Source: Paraspadella gotoi (taxonomy: Eukaryota > Animalia > Chaetognatha). From it: a stretch of 64,000 nt of DNA. The translations under genes and the position numbers were made by a program. The stretch is taken from positions 18,781,546 through 18,845,545 of the forward strand of contig CM119270.1 of the NCBI GenBank assembly GCA_051294375.1. The letters run 5' to 3'. Below, piece after piece: positions 1 through 12,795 of this stretch; the stretch's first letter is position 1, and each line of letters starts with the position of its first letter. The notes under the pieces were generated by a model. That model saw nothing but the letters and a program-made list of their open reading frames with translations. It was not told where the DNA came from and did not search any database.

Positions 1-320
1 GAAGATTGAATGATTAACATCTCCTAAAAGGACTTTATAACAATTTAGAAATATAAAGAAGAGAAATAGTTGATAAGAGGCAAAGACGAAAAGAGAGAGA
101 GAGATCGACTCGAAGCTCACTTTAATCAAAAAGAGGAAAATTTCCCCCTTTTTTTTCTCATTATAATTTTTTTTTCCTTTCACGTTCAAGTTCAACGTTT
201 CACGATTTGAATCGCCCACATTTTTTTTTGTCATTTCGTCGTTTTGTCATTTTTCTTATTTTCTTTTTGTTCTTTTGTCAGCCTTTTACTTAATCTTGTT
301 CGTCGTCGTCTTCATGGTCA

Positions 321-370
<50 letters not shown>

Positions 371-963
371 TCAAACAATAAAAAGGCTTTTGTTGGTCAC
401 CGATTTATCCCAACGACTTTTTCTCCCCCACTCTGAGACATCATTTATCCCCCGCCTTTTTTTGCTCTTTGCTCTCAACTACTTTCTTTGATACTTCCCA
501 TAATACTTAAACATTTTTTATACCTTACTTTTCCTACTTCACTCAGATAACATTTAATGATTGAAGCAATTGAAACAGTTCATAACAACATTTTACGTAA
601 CATGTCGTTGACAGGGAAGCCAGATACTCTTGGAGAAAGTTATCCAGACCGTGACACAGTCTTAATTGAAAGCTTGTACGTTCCTTCTACTGTGTTATAA
701 GAAGGATAGAAGACTCGACCTACCATAGCATGTCCAAAGTCAGGAGACAGGATAGCTTAATTATGTATTGATTTGATATTTTTTATTGGTTGTTTTTGTT
801 TTTTATTGGTTGTTATTCTACCAATTTTATTACTTAAATACTTTAAAACCTATTCAACCTATTAAAATCTCTTCCTTATCAACTGTCAAATATGATTATA
901 CCAAACTGTAAAACTTACCCTCAAACTTACCTCAACCTTCCCCTCCCCTCTCTCTCTCTCCAG

Positions 964-1142
964 CCGAAACCCGGCGGAGCTGGACGAGTTGGCGGCGCAC
1001 CTCAGCCATCTGGCGGCGCCGTCGAGAGAGTCGATCAACGGCGCCGGGGTGGAAGCGGCGCCCGGAAGCGGCGTCGGGGGAAGCGCTTCCGAGAGACAAT
1101 TGGTTGAGGACGAGGAGGAGTCGGACGAGGAAGAGGGCGCAG
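964..1142 (+). CDS. msn: Misshapen/MAP4K4-family kinase, internal exon (linker region); upstream kinase exons lie outside the window
   Basis: ctccag|...GCAG|gtgaag. Reads RNPAELDELAAHLSHLAAP...EDEEESDEEEGA, resembling the DLxxLAxxLxEL motif of the Msn/MAP4K4 linker. Phase joins the next exon. Confidence 0.8.
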
Positions 1143-1569
1143 GTGAAGAATAGGGGGGAGGGGGTGAGGGGGAGAGGGAAGGAAGGGAGGAGAGAGAACG
1201 TGGGAGGGGAGATGAGGAAAGAAAAGGGAATGAGATAAAATAGGGCAAGGAGAGGGAGAAGGTGGAGGAGAGGGAGAGAGGAGGGAGGGAAAAAGAGAAT
1301 TGGGAGAGGGAGAGAAATAGTGGTTGGAGGAATTTGAATGTAGACAGTGAAAAAGTAAGTTGCACGAGGTTAATGGTATACTATTAATGGAGAGAAAAGT
1401 AGCATATAAATATTATGGAAAAATACATATAATATATACAATAGCAATAATGGGCGCTATTGGCTCATCGGAAATACCGTGGCTTTGTTTTTTTTTATTT
1501 AAACATAAATAGATTTGTATTTAAAATATAGTTTACAAAGGATTTTCGTTGTTCCTTTGTTCTTTTCAG

Positions 1570-1691
1570 CCGTTAGTTCAAGTGGCCCCCGCGACGGGAC
1601 GCTGCTCGCCTCGGAGCGAGCGCGCCCTCTGCCTTCCAACTACAACCAGGACACGTTGCAGACTCTGTCGTCAATGGTCATTCACGAAGAC
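1570..1691 (+). CDS. msn: Misshapen/MAP4K4 exon (RDGTLLASERARPLP)
   Basis: ttttcag| and |gtaag boundaries. VSSSGPRDGTLLASERARPLPSNYNQDTLQTLSSMVIHED matches the Msn DGTLLAS..P.PLP motif. Phase 1 to 0. Confidence 0.85.
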
Positions 1692-2816
1692 GTAAGATGA
1701 GGGGGGTGGNNNNNNNNNNNNNNNNNGGGAAAGGGGAGATGGGAGAAGAAATGAAATAGGAGGAAAAGAAAAGATGGGAACTGATGGGAAGAGAAGGGAG
1801 AGGAGATGGGAGAGCAGATAGAAAGAGAAATGGGAAAAGAAATAACTTAATGGCTTGGGTAATAAAAAGACGGTGAATGTAATGGAAGATATTGCGGGTT
1901 ATTTCTATTATTTCTATTAAATTAATGAGCCATGAATATTGGCTACGAGCAAAGAGGATGGAAAAAAAAAGTAATAAACTATTCTTATATTTAAAAAAGA
2001 AATTATTATAGGTACTTCGCTTCGTGAGAATATTGATTATGTTGCAATACAATAAATAAAAGATTTAAACGATAAAATCTTGCGTTGAATAAAAAAAACT
2101 TGAAATACGATGCTTCTGGGTAATCGATGCGAAAAGGATCCCAGTCACGTTCTCTTTAAACCACAACAACAACGACAACGCGCAGGAAAATAAAGAGAAA
2201 TAAAATCTCGAGAATTTATCGATGATTAAAATGGATTCGATGAATGATGAACGATTAAACGAATGATTTTTAAACAAGATAAACTAACTTGATCCTAATT
2301 TCGTCTGGACTCATTCTCACTTTTTCTAGTTTCTTCATTTCCTGTCTCATTTCCCCTTTTCCTCCATTTCGTATTTACTCTTTTTCTCCCTTCTTCGTTC
2401 CCATTTTCCCCTTTACTTTTGCCATTTTCATCTTATTTTCACTCTCTTCCCATTTTGATCTTTTCCTCTTTTATTTTATATTCTATTTATTTTTACTTCG
2501 CTTTTTTAATTTTCTTACATTTTCCTTTTATTTTTTTTTAATTTTCTTTTTCATTTTCTTCAATTATCCTCTTCATTTTCTACCTTTTTTCTTTCATTTT
2601 CTACCATTTTTATCCTCATTTTCTACCATTTTTCTCTTCAATTTCTACTATTTTCCTCTTCATTTCCCACTCGTTTCTCCTTCGGTCCTTCTTCAAATCA
2701 TCCATTTTTATGTTCCCCGACCATCTCATATTTTTCTAATACCGCATTACCTTTCCCCTTCCCCATCCCCTCCCCTTTCCCCACCATCATCCATCCCCTC
2801 TTTCTACCTCACCCAG

Positions 2817-2925
2817 GATGGACAGAACCGGAACCGCGCGGCGGGCGGCGCTGCTCCGCCACGCGGCGGCGTCCTGCCCGATCTTCTCCCGCAACTCACG
2901 CCGCAAATCTCGAGGGGACCATCTG
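2817..2925 (+). CDS. msn: Misshapen/MAP4K4 exon (VLPDLLPQ)
   Basis: cacccag| and |gtatgg boundaries. DGQNRNRAAGGAAPPRGGVLPDLLPQLTPQISRGPS contains the conserved PDLL motif. Phase 0 to 1. Confidence 0.8.
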
Positions 2926-2927
2926 GT

Positions 2928-3150
2928 ATGGCAGCTTCTCTTAATTCCTTTTCTTTTCTTTTATTTTCTTTTCTTTTGAATGGCAGCTTCTCTTAATCCC
3001 TTTTCTTTTCTTTTCTTTTCTTTTTTTTTATTTTATTTTATTTTGAATGGCAGCTTCTCTTAATTCCTTTTCTTTTCTCTTCTTTTTTTTTCTTTTATTT
3101 TATTTTGAATGGCAGCTTCTCTTAATTCCTTTTCTTTTCTTTTCCTTTAC
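2928..3150 (+). repeat. ~55-65 bp intronic minisatellite starting at the splice donor (ATGGCAGCTTCTCTTAATTCC..., 4 copies; also at 4935-5140)
   Basis: Unit starts at about 2928, 2980, 3047 and 3109. Confidence 0.85.
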
Positions 3151-3308
3151 TTTCTTTCCTGCCTTTTTCTTTCCTTTTCTTTTCTTTTTTTTATCCTTTT
3201 CTCCTCTATTTTCTCTCTTCCTTTCTTCCTTTGTTCTCTTCCTCCTCCTTAATTGTCTCGTCTCACGATCTTCATTCATTCCGNNNNNNNNNNNNNNNNN
3301 NNNNNNNN

Positions 3309-5279
3309 TTTTCAGCCGTTAGTTCAAGTGGCCCCCGCGACGGGACGCTGCTCGCTCGGAGCGAGCGCGCCCTCTGCCTTCCAACTACAACCAGGAACGT
3401 TGCAGACTCTGTCGTCAATGGTCATTCACGAAGACGTAAGATGAGGGGGTGGAGATGGGATAAAGTGGGAAAGGAATGGGAAAGCGGGAAGAGTGGGAAT
3501 AAGAGATGGAAGGGGAGATTGGGCATAAGAGATGGGAAAGGGGAGATTGGAAAGGAGATGCGGGAAGAGTGGACTGGTATGCGGAGAAGATATGGAAAGG
3601 GGAGATGGGATAAGAGATGGAAAGGGGAGTATGGAGAAGAGATGGGAAGGGAGGGAGGATGGGGAAGGTAGAATGGGAAGAGATGGGAGGGAGATGGGAG
3701 AAGAGAATGAAATAAGGAGAAAAGAAAAGATCGTGAGAACTGATGGGAAGAGAAGGGAGAAGGAGATGGGAGAGAGATAGAAAGAGAAAATGGGAAAAGA
3801 AATAGACTTAATGGCTTGGTAATAAAAAGACGCGTGAATTGTAATGGAGATATTGCGGGTTATTTTAATTTTTCGATATTAAATTAATGAGCCATGAATA
3901 TTGGCTACGAGCAAAGAGGAGGAAAAAAAAAGTAATAAAACTATTACTTATATTTAAAAAAAATTATTATAGGTACTTTCCTTCCATGAGAATATTGATT
4001 ATGTTGCAATACAAATAAATAAAAGATTTAAACGATTTAATCTCCGTTGAATAAAAAAAAAATTGAAATACGATGCTTCTGGGTTATCGATGAAAAAGAT
4101 CCCAGTCACGTTCTCTTTAAACCACAACAACGACGACGACGACAACGCGCGGGAAAATCAAGAAAAAGAAATCTCGAGAATTTATCGATGATTAAAATGG
4201 ATTCGATGAATGATGAACGATTAAACGAATGATTTTTCAACAAATAAATACTTGATCCTAATTTCGTCTGGACTCATTCTCACTTTTTCTAGTTTCTTCA
4301 TTTCCTCTCTCTTTCCCCTTTTCCTCATTTCGTATTTACTCTTTTTCTTCTCTTCTTCGTTCCCAATTTCCCCTTTCTTTTGCCATTTACATCTTATTTT
4401 CACTTCTTTCCATTTTTCCTCTTTTCCTCTTTTATTTTATATTCTATTTTTTTACTTCGCTTTTTTTCATTTTCTTACATTTTCTTTTTCTTTTTTTTAA
4501 TTTCTTCTTCATTTTCTTCAATTTTCCTCTTCATTTTCTACCATTTTTTCTTCATTTACTACTATTTTTCTCTCATTTTCTACCTATTTTCCTCTTTATT
4601 TTCCTATTCATTTTTTTTCATTTCATCTTCATTTCCCACACGTTTCTCCTTCTCTCCTTCCTCAAATAATCCATTTTTATCGTCCCCGACCATTTCATAT
4701 TTTTCTAATACCGCATTATTTTCCCATTCCCCATCCCCTTACCCTCCCATCCCCTACCCTTCCTCATCCTACCCTTCCTCACCCTTTCCCCACCATCATC
4801 CATCCCCTCTTTCTACCTCACCCAGGATGGACAGAACCGGAACCGCCGGCGGGCGGCGCTGCTCCGCCACGCGGCGGCGTCCTGCCCGATCTTCTCCCGC
4901 AACTCACGCCGCAAATCTCGAGGGACCATCTGGTATGGCAGCTTCTCTTAATTCCTTTTCTTTTCTTTTATTTTCTTTTCTTTTTGAATGAGCAGCTTCT
5001 CTTAATTCCTTTTCTTTCTTTTCTTTTATTTTTTTTATTTTGAATGGCAGCTTCTCTTAATTCCTTTTCTTTTCTCTTCTTTTTTTTTCTTTTATTTTAT
5101 TTGAATGGCAGCTTCTCTTAATTCCTTTTTCTTTCTTTTCCTTTTTCTTTGCCCTGCCTTTTTTCTTCCTTTTCTTTCCTATTTTTTTATCCCTTTCTCC
5201 TCTATTTCCTCTCTTCTTTTCTTCCTTTGTTCTCTTCCCCCTCCTTAATTGTCTCGTCTCACGATCTTCATTCATTCCG
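3309..5279 (+). repeat. Second copy of 1562-3283 (two msn exons, at 3316-3435 and 4826-4932, with 1-bp deletions); probable assembly duplication
   Basis: Begins immediately after a 25-N gap (3284-3308). Colinear and near-identical to the preceding block; each exon copy is 2 bp shorter and frameshifted. Confidence 0.8.
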
Positions 5280-5587
5280 TCCAGTTTTTCTCTTTTATCT
5301 TCATCATTATCATCATCATTATCATCATCATCATTATCATCATTTATTTTTATGGAGCATTTTACAATATTTTCATCTTGATTAATTTTATATTGATTGG
5401 TCATTTAGTTGTTTCTTTAACATTTATTATTAACCTTACCAACTAATCTTCGAATTAAACATCCCTTAAATTTCAAATCGACGAACATCCACCAATCCCC
5501 ACCTCCCCAACGAAACCACCCACAACCATCACCCACAACCCTCTTCCACAACTCCGTTCCACAACCCAACCCCCCCATAAACAACAG

Positions 5588-5764
5588 GCCTGCTCCTCGA
5601 CCGGCCGTCGGGCGAGGATCCCACCCCCCCGTCCAAACCCAACGTGCCCTTGCCGCGCGGGGCGGGCGACGCCCACGGCGCCAAGATGGCGTCGTCGAAG
5701 CCGTCCTTCATGGCGTTCGGGTTCGGCGCCGGACAAGTGGGCGGCGCCGGAGGATCCGCCGCGG
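5588..5764 (+). CDS. msn: Misshapen/MAP4K4 exon (SFMAFGFGAG)
   Basis: acaacag| and |gtgagg boundaries. ...KMASSKPSFMAFGFGAGQVGG matches the Msn SFxxFGFGAG motif. 177 bp, phase 1-1. Confidence 0.85.
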
Positions 5765-6290
5765 GTGAGGCTGAGTTGTGGGCGGAGGTGGTCGGTAGGG
5801 AAGAGAGAAGGTAAGGAGGAGAATTACGATCGATGGGAAGTGCGGCAGTGAGGGTGAGGTCAGGTTCATCCAGAACCTGTTGAAAAAAACATTTTTTTTT
5901 AAGTAGATAAGAGTGAATAAAGTAAGAATGAACAAAGTACACGAGTAACTGATAAAGTTAAAAAAAATAAATGGCCGTCAAAGATTAACAGACAATAGCA
6001 AAACAATAAAAGAAAAAAGAAATAATTGAGATAAGCGAGTGAACGAGATTCAATGTCAAAAGGAGAAAAAGTGGAAAAACAGACTAAATTTCTAAAGAAT
6101 TCGTCTGTCGATTTTATTTTATTTTATTTTATTTTTATAAATAATACCCTTGATCGACACAGTATAGAATACAACTTAGCGAATCAAAATTAAAAACTCG
6201 GGGCGAATTTCTCTCAACTCCCGCCCACAATATTCCCCCACATTTTCATTCCATTTCTCTCCCTCACACCCCCTCCACCTCCTCACCCAG

Positions 6291-6516
6291 GATCCCCCCT
6301 CCGCCGACAATCACAGATCAACGTCAACGTCTCCCCCAACAACCAATCAGCGGCGTCGGACACGCCCGAGATCCGCAAATACAAGAAGCGGTTCAATTCT
6401 GACATCCACTGCGCCGCCTTGTGGGGAGTCAACCTCTTGATCGGGACGGACGACGGGTTGATGCTGCTGGATCGGTCGGGTCAGGGAAAGGTTTACACCC
6501 TCATCTCGAGACGGAG
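6291..6516 (+). CDS. msn: Misshapen/MAP4K4 exon, start of CNH domain
   Basis: INVNVSPN...[54 protein letters not shown], the near-invariant MAP4K4/TNIK/MINK CNH start. Canonical AG/GT. Confidence 0.95.
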
Positions 6517-7071
6517 GTGAGGAAAGGGAATGGATCGTTGTGGTGGTTGTTGTTGTTGTTGTTGGCACGCCTGCCGTTGTTATTGTTGACGTCATTGTCG
6601 TCGTCAATTCATACAATTTTTTCTATAACTTTTCTCTTCTATTTATTTTCCCTGTATTGTTTAATGTAATAATTGATGTTATTAAGTATGTTAATGCGTA
6701 TGCATTTGTATCTTTAACGCGATTTGAATAAAAACACATCATTGCTATCATTATTATTATTAATATTATTATAATAAATTATTATTATTGCAGTTCTTTT
6801 TTTGTTTAAAGTGAAGTCAACACTTTTATTTCTAAACGTAATTATGACGGGTTTTGGTAGCTGTTGTTGTTGTTGTTGTTGTTGTTTGGCGAACTGCTAT
6901 AACAAACAGATTTGTGTAGTAGATGATTTGGTCTTTCTGGAGTTGCAATAATTTTGAAGGTTTTTGTTAATGACACATGACACATTGGGTTTACGTATAA
7001 TTGAAACGGTATTAGTAAATTTATTTTGCCATTTTGTTTTTCCATCTTTCTCTTTCCGTTACTTCTCCCAG

Positions 7072-7209
7072 ATTCCTCCAGATGGAAGTCCTCGAAGGCC
7101 AAAATATCCTAGTGACGATTTCCGGCAAAAAGAACAAAATCCGCGTCTATTATCTTTCGTGGTTGCGAAGCAAAATCCTCAAGAACGAAGGCGGAGAGCG
7201 GAAGGCAGG
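7072..7209 (+). CDS. msn: Misshapen/MAP4K4 CNH exon
   Basis: [46 protein letters not shown]. Phase 2-2, canonical sites. Confidence 0.95.
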
Positions 7210-7413
7210 GTGAGGAAGAAGACAGAGGGAAAGACAGACAGACAGACAGACAGAATAAAAGAGACAGAAAGACGGAAGACAGAGGGATGCGTTTGAAGTC
7301 TAAAATTAAAAAATGTCAACGAAGAAAACAGACTAAATTTTTAAGTCGGAGGAAAGAGCAACGATTAAAAAGAGGAGAATGTGGCGGTNNNNNNNNNNNN
7401 NNNNNNNNNNNNN

Positions 7414-7628
7414 ATATTCACACCGCCTCACGTCCGGAATCCTTCAGCCATCCCATTGGCTCAGAGAGGGAAAGCACCATCCCAGGCGTTTGTGTTCCAT
7501 CCTTTTGGCAAAACGAGACCGTCCTAGTGTATCCGTGCCAGTGACGGGAGGCGTCACTGAGGGTCGAAGCCCCCAACAGTGAAATGCCCCATCCAATGGG
7601 CATCACAGGCAACCCGGCTGTTGTCATA
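7414..7628 (+). mobile_element. tRNA-derived SINE-like element (family copy 1)
   Basis: A-box-like TGGCTCAGAGAGG. The body GCCAGTGACGGGAGGCGTCACTGAGGGTC...TCACAGGCAACCC is the reverse complement of about 22411-22507. Confidence 0.6.
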
Positions 7629-9602
7629 AGAAAACGATTAACTAGTAAAAACAGTGTGGACTTAATTTTTCTTGATTAGAAAGACATTGAGGGTGACAGT
7701 GACTCAATAAATTAATAACAGACATTTACAATGTACGTCATTGATAATGAAATTGATAACATTGATTGCATCTGACTCAATAAAATAATCAAAACCATAC
7801 AGGACGAAAAGTGGCGTATAAACTTTGAGGGTGACTGTAACTCAATGAGAAATCAGGGCACTAAGCGGTAGTGAAAGTTACATACGAAAATTCTAAAGTT
7901 AATTTATTGAAACAACACTCCTCTCTCACATAATTGTAAAAAAAATTAATTTTATGGTTTTTATTTTCGCAGAGGCTATATTTATATATAGGTTACATCC
8001 TTAAAAATCGAGAAAAATTTCAAAATAGGCTTTTCTTTAATTTTGATTGCCAGATTTGAATTCCTTCATCAAAAAGTTGATTTAAAAAAAGAAAAATATA
8101 AAATAAATATAAAAGTGATAAAAATGATATCATAAGCTTAAGGAGTCTATCATTAAAGGAATTCGAATGGTGATAGTCATTTATTTTCTTCACGCGGGAA
8201 ATTGAGAAAAAATCCCCATCTCCTTGTTGCAATTCGAAACAAGGACGAAAAGATAATTGATTAAAAAATTTACCATGGATCTCCCTCTACATAGTGATAC
8301 CTCCATTCTCTTACTTTCACTTGGGAAGTCAACATTTTCACAAATTTAAAATTTTTATTTGTTTGATATGACCAAAGCTTGAAATTCTTGCGGCATCTGG
8401 GCCTCCTCTGCATAAAGGAAATTTTAGTAATTGATACATCTTTCCATGCACGCAACAGGAAAGGAACAGAAAAAAAGGTCAAATACCTCTTAAAATTCGA
8501 ACAAGGAGTCATTCATTTGCGTAAACATTTATGCATGACCTCAGTGACATCTTTTCGATCCTAGTTGACTGTTTGTTTGGCAACAGATTTGATTTTAGGA
8601 GAGATAAAGAGCGCTTCCCTTTCTCTCATTACTTTGTATTAATGTTAGAGTTATACTTTGATCTTTAAGAGAAAACACGTCTTTTTTCCCTGCTGGCTCG
8701 ATTTCGATAAATTTGGTACGATCGACGTGGAATACGTTACTAGTTTATGAAATAAAATTTCATTAAAATCGGTCACGCGTTTCAAAAGTTAATGGGCAAA
8801 AATGACGAAAAAATAGCGCTTGCCGAGGGATCAACTTTCGCCGCTCATCGACGCGAAAAATAGTGGTTAACATAAGATTTGAACTACGTAGTTCTAATCT
8901 TTAGGTCCGTCGGAATCGCACGGTAAAGCCGAAAATCCTCGTTCCGGGCTAATAGAAAATAAACGGAAAACTAACGGGAAGCTGAACACGGAGAAGTAAA
9001 TTTTAGATATAAGAAACGAAATTTATAAGAGGAATAATTGGTGATATAGGTTTACTCATAAAAATTAAAAAGTAATTGGATGATAATTTTAATAACAATG
9101 GTTTACATTGGATTGACAAACGACTTTCGTGGCACCCCTTGATTATTCGCCGCTTTTATCTTAAGTCCTCATTAAATAACTAACTTTTTTTCAAGGTATA
9201 TGTTGCTGATATCATCACAACAACCGCGACAAGGAGGCTGACCTTAAACAGGTTTCATAACTGACATTTAATCCAAGGTCGGGTACTGAACTTTAACCTA
9301 CTTTAACTTCTTCCTATTTCGTTTTATCGTTTTCCGTTATTTTCTTACTAACACATTTCAATCACTCTACAAAAATCATGTCACTGCAGCAGCAGCGGCA
9401 GCGGATGCGGCTGATTTTTGCTGCAGTTTGGTGACTTAAATGTCATGATTTTAAACGTTTACATTACTTATTTCCCCATCAATGTCGTAAGAGTTGTTCT
9501 TAGTTTTTTGTTTAATTTAACACTCCTACCGCTCCACGCCCCCCACCCTTTCCATTTCCTTCGCCAACCTCCCAATTTCTCCGACCCCCGTTCCAACCCC
9601 AG

Positions 9603-9738
9603 GTCTCTACGCGTTCCATGGAAGGTTCACACGCAAATTGACGTCGACACTGGAATCCCTCTAATGATATCTACATTCCTCCGCACAGTCAGGGACCCAT
9701 ACAGCCGCACACTGTCGTCGTGCTGCCAAACACCTCAG
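9603..9738 (+). CDS. msn: Misshapen/MAP4K4 CNH exon (several indels in its first half as assembled)
   Basis: Recoverable as V.YGS.EGFHAIDVDTG..YDIYIPPHSQGPIQPHTVVVLPNTS. ccccag| and |gtaatt boundaries. Confidence 0.85.
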
Positions 9739-9961
9739 GTAATTAGGTTTTCTTGTCTGGTTTTATTTATTTTTTATTTATTCTTTCTTTGTCATTTTCT
9801 CTCATTCTTTCATTTATTTACTTTGATACATTTATTTCTTTTACTCATTCATTCATTCATTCCTTCATTACTTAATTCTTTCATTCATTCATTCATTCAN
9901 NNNNNNNNNCATTCATTCATTCATTCATTCATTAAACAATCTCCTCCAACATCCCTCCAAG

Positions 9962-10290
9962 GCCTTCAACTCCTCATTTGCTACGACAACGAAGGGGTCT
10001 ACGTCGACACTTACGGCAAAATCTCCAAGAACGTCGTCCTCCAGTGGGGCGAGCTGCCCACCTCTGTGGCCTACATCGGTACGGGCCAGATCATGGGCTG
10101 GGGCAACAAGGCCATCGAGATCCGCTCCGTGGACACGGGTCATCTCGACGGGGTCTTCATGCACAAGCGGGCGCAGAAGCTCAAGTTCCTCTGCGAACGA
10201 AACGACAAGGTGTTCTTCTCTTCCGTCAAGGGTGGTTCCTCCTCGCAGATCTACTTCATGACCCTCAACAAGCCGGGGATGGCGTGGTAG
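9962..10290 (+). CDS. msn: Misshapen/MAP4K4 terminal coding exon (CNH C-terminus)
   Basis: [85 protein letters not shown]...TLNKPGMAW*. Acceptor is tccaag|. Confidence 0.97.
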
Positions 10291-10393
10291 AGAGTGGGGT
10301 GGGTTAGAGGGGGGTTAAGGGGGTAGTATGTTCGTTAGATGGGGGGGGGAGTAGGAGTAAAAAAGAGGGGAGAGGGGAAAGGATTTAGGAGAT

Positions 10394-10711
10394 AATTTCG
10401 GCACTATTTTCCGAAAGCGCCAGTTATCTGGTCCTAATTCATGAACTTGATATTAATTTTTAATAATAAACCTTAATTTAAAGAAAAAAGATTAATAAAA
10501 TTCATAACCTAAATTCACTAACTTAATCCTTAATCCCGAACAAAAACCATATCCCTGACCAAATTCCGAACCTTACTCCCTAACCTATTCCCTTGCAGTA
10601 TCCCTATCCTGCTCCCTTAATTTAATTTTTAGATTTCGTGTAATAATCCTTTCAAACTTAATTTTAAATTTAAGGTGAAATGGGGTGCTTTCGGAAGAGA
10701 GGGCCGAGATT
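10394..10711. mobile_element. Foldback/MITE-like element in the msn 3' region
   Basis: Imperfect inverted ends AATTTCGGCACTATTTTCCGAAAGC / GCTTTCGGAAGAGAGGGCCGAGATT. Interior has degenerate CCTAAC-like repeats. Confidence 0.55.
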
Positions 10712-12795
10712 TTAAAGTAGAAAAGAGCGGAGAAAAAATGGCTAAAGTTTTCAAGGTCGACACGATATTAAAAGAAAACTGTTTTCCAATCTTTAAATAC
10801 AAACTTTATTAAATACTAGGGTCGTTTAATCTCCTCTCTTTTTTTTGGGAATTTGTTCTTTAAATTTAAAAACTGTTAATTAGAAACTTCGTACTTCTCA
10901 AGATTTCTTCTAAACACGCTTTTGTTCAGATTACATTTCTGTTGCAGATTGTTATAGTATATGTATTTACCAGATTATTAGATATAACTGAAACTACGCC
11001 GTCTTAAAAGCTCAAGTCCTTGAAAGTTTTGAACGTGTTTTACCCGATGATACTTTATTCTAGAATCTTAACGAATATTAAAAAAAGTTTTTATTTGTTT
11101 TCGTTTTGTCATCTTTGTTTTATTTTTTTTTCAAAACCGTCAAGGGCTTGGAAAAAAAAACCGAGACTAAACCAAGATGCGGAGGTCGAAACAAAATGTT
11201 TTGTTTTTGATTTCGATCGAGCGAAAAGGAATTTCAAAGTTGAGGGTCCGTGAAGGGATTCTTTTTTCAAAATCTCAATTTCATACACGCTTTCGTAAAA
11301 CCCATTAAAAAAAAAACTCTCTCTCTCTCTGTATTCGCGACATCTTTTTTTATATTTTCGAAAGAATTGCGTCACAAGTGACAAGTGACTCACAACAACG
11401 CGCAAGGGTTTGCCGCAATGTCCGAATCTCATTTAAAAATGACGACGAAAATGTCATTGTGCAAAATTAGATTTAAAGAGACTTTATTACCATCTCACCC
11501 GATTCCCCTCCACCTTCCCCACTCCCCTTCAACCCCACACCCCCACCCCCACCCACCACCTTCCTCAATCATCGAATGCCAATCTTCTTACATTTTTACG
11601 CCCAAAAAAAATTCACCCCTTCTTTTTTTTTACGATTGTATTTTTTGGGCAAAATTTGGTCGAAACGGATGTAAAAATTAATTCAATGCAGACCAAATCC
11701 GCTGAAACGCGAAAGGGCAAAAAAATGACGAAGACAATTATTTCGCTTTTCTAGTCAAAATTATTCTCGAATTACGATTTAGTTTATTGTTATTTCCGTG
11801 AAAACAAAACGCTTTCTGTTGATTTTATAATTTATCCAATATTTTTTTTTTGAATCGTTTTATTTATCAACGGGACACGAACACAAACGATTGTGCAACA
11901 TTTATTTTCCCCCGGCCTGAATGTGTTCGTGTTAATCTCACTTTTTCCTTTCATTTTGATTTCCTCTCGGAGAGGCGACTTTTGTTTGACCCTCTCTGAT
12001 AGCAAAAGATAACATATCCAGGGTCAATGCGGATAAAATTAATAGACATTTGGTATCCAGGTACGGTTACATGAAACTAGACAAGTAAACATGTACCTGT
12101 CGCCGTCGCTGTAGGCAGTTACATGGGTCTTTTCAACTGTAAATGATTACACGCGATATTCTGTAAAATTGCGCCGTAAATGTAATCCGGTTACATGTAA
12201 CCTTAAGCCATTGACAGCGTCTCGAAGCATCTTTAAGCATCTACTGTATGTCTTACAGTATCGTGATCTCTCCAAGCCTCGCTCTCGTCGGAGATTCGGA
12301 TTCTCTGTTCCGATTTAAATTCTGTTAAACTAAAAACTCTGTACATTACAGACAAAAAAAAGAATAAATTATTAGTAGACAATATTTTATCACACACTTA
12401 GGTATAAAGCTTGTAATCTCTCGCAATCGCTTGCATGCCTCGTGAAAACAAAACAACAACAAAACGAAAACAAAACAACAAAGACAAATTTCATTTCTCA
12501 CTCATGATCGAATTCGCTGCGTTTCGTTCTTCGCTCGGATATTTAATATTTTCGAAATTTTTTTATTTTTACTAAATGAACGTTCTTGAACAGAACCTTC
12601 GTTTACATTAATACTTAATAGAATAATATCATTATTAAAGTTGACGATTTTTTGGAAAGTTTTTTTTTTAAAGACGCGTTCCTTTTTTTTGTCGAATTTT
12701 GTCTAAAATTTNNNNNNNNNNNNNNNNNNNNNNNNNATTTCCACTTGTTTCTTTTTTTGCAAACTTCACTTCCCCACCCCTTTCTTTTCCTCAGA

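Noticed and set aside
2289-2816. Long Phe/Leu-rich ORFs resembling membrane proteins (also 4380-4825, 28469-29170, 44701-45043)
   Set aside because: Low-complexity pyrimidine or (TTTA)n intronic tracts that lack stops by composition.
3316-4932. Mutually exclusive or tandemly duplicated msn exons
   Set aside because: Introns are as similar as exons, differences are frameshifting 1-bp deletions and the copy abuts a 25-N gap; an artefact is more likely.
7930-8990. Possible DNA-transposon remnant in the msn intron
   Set aside because: Ends look transposon-like, but I could not establish TIRs, a TSD or transposase motifs.
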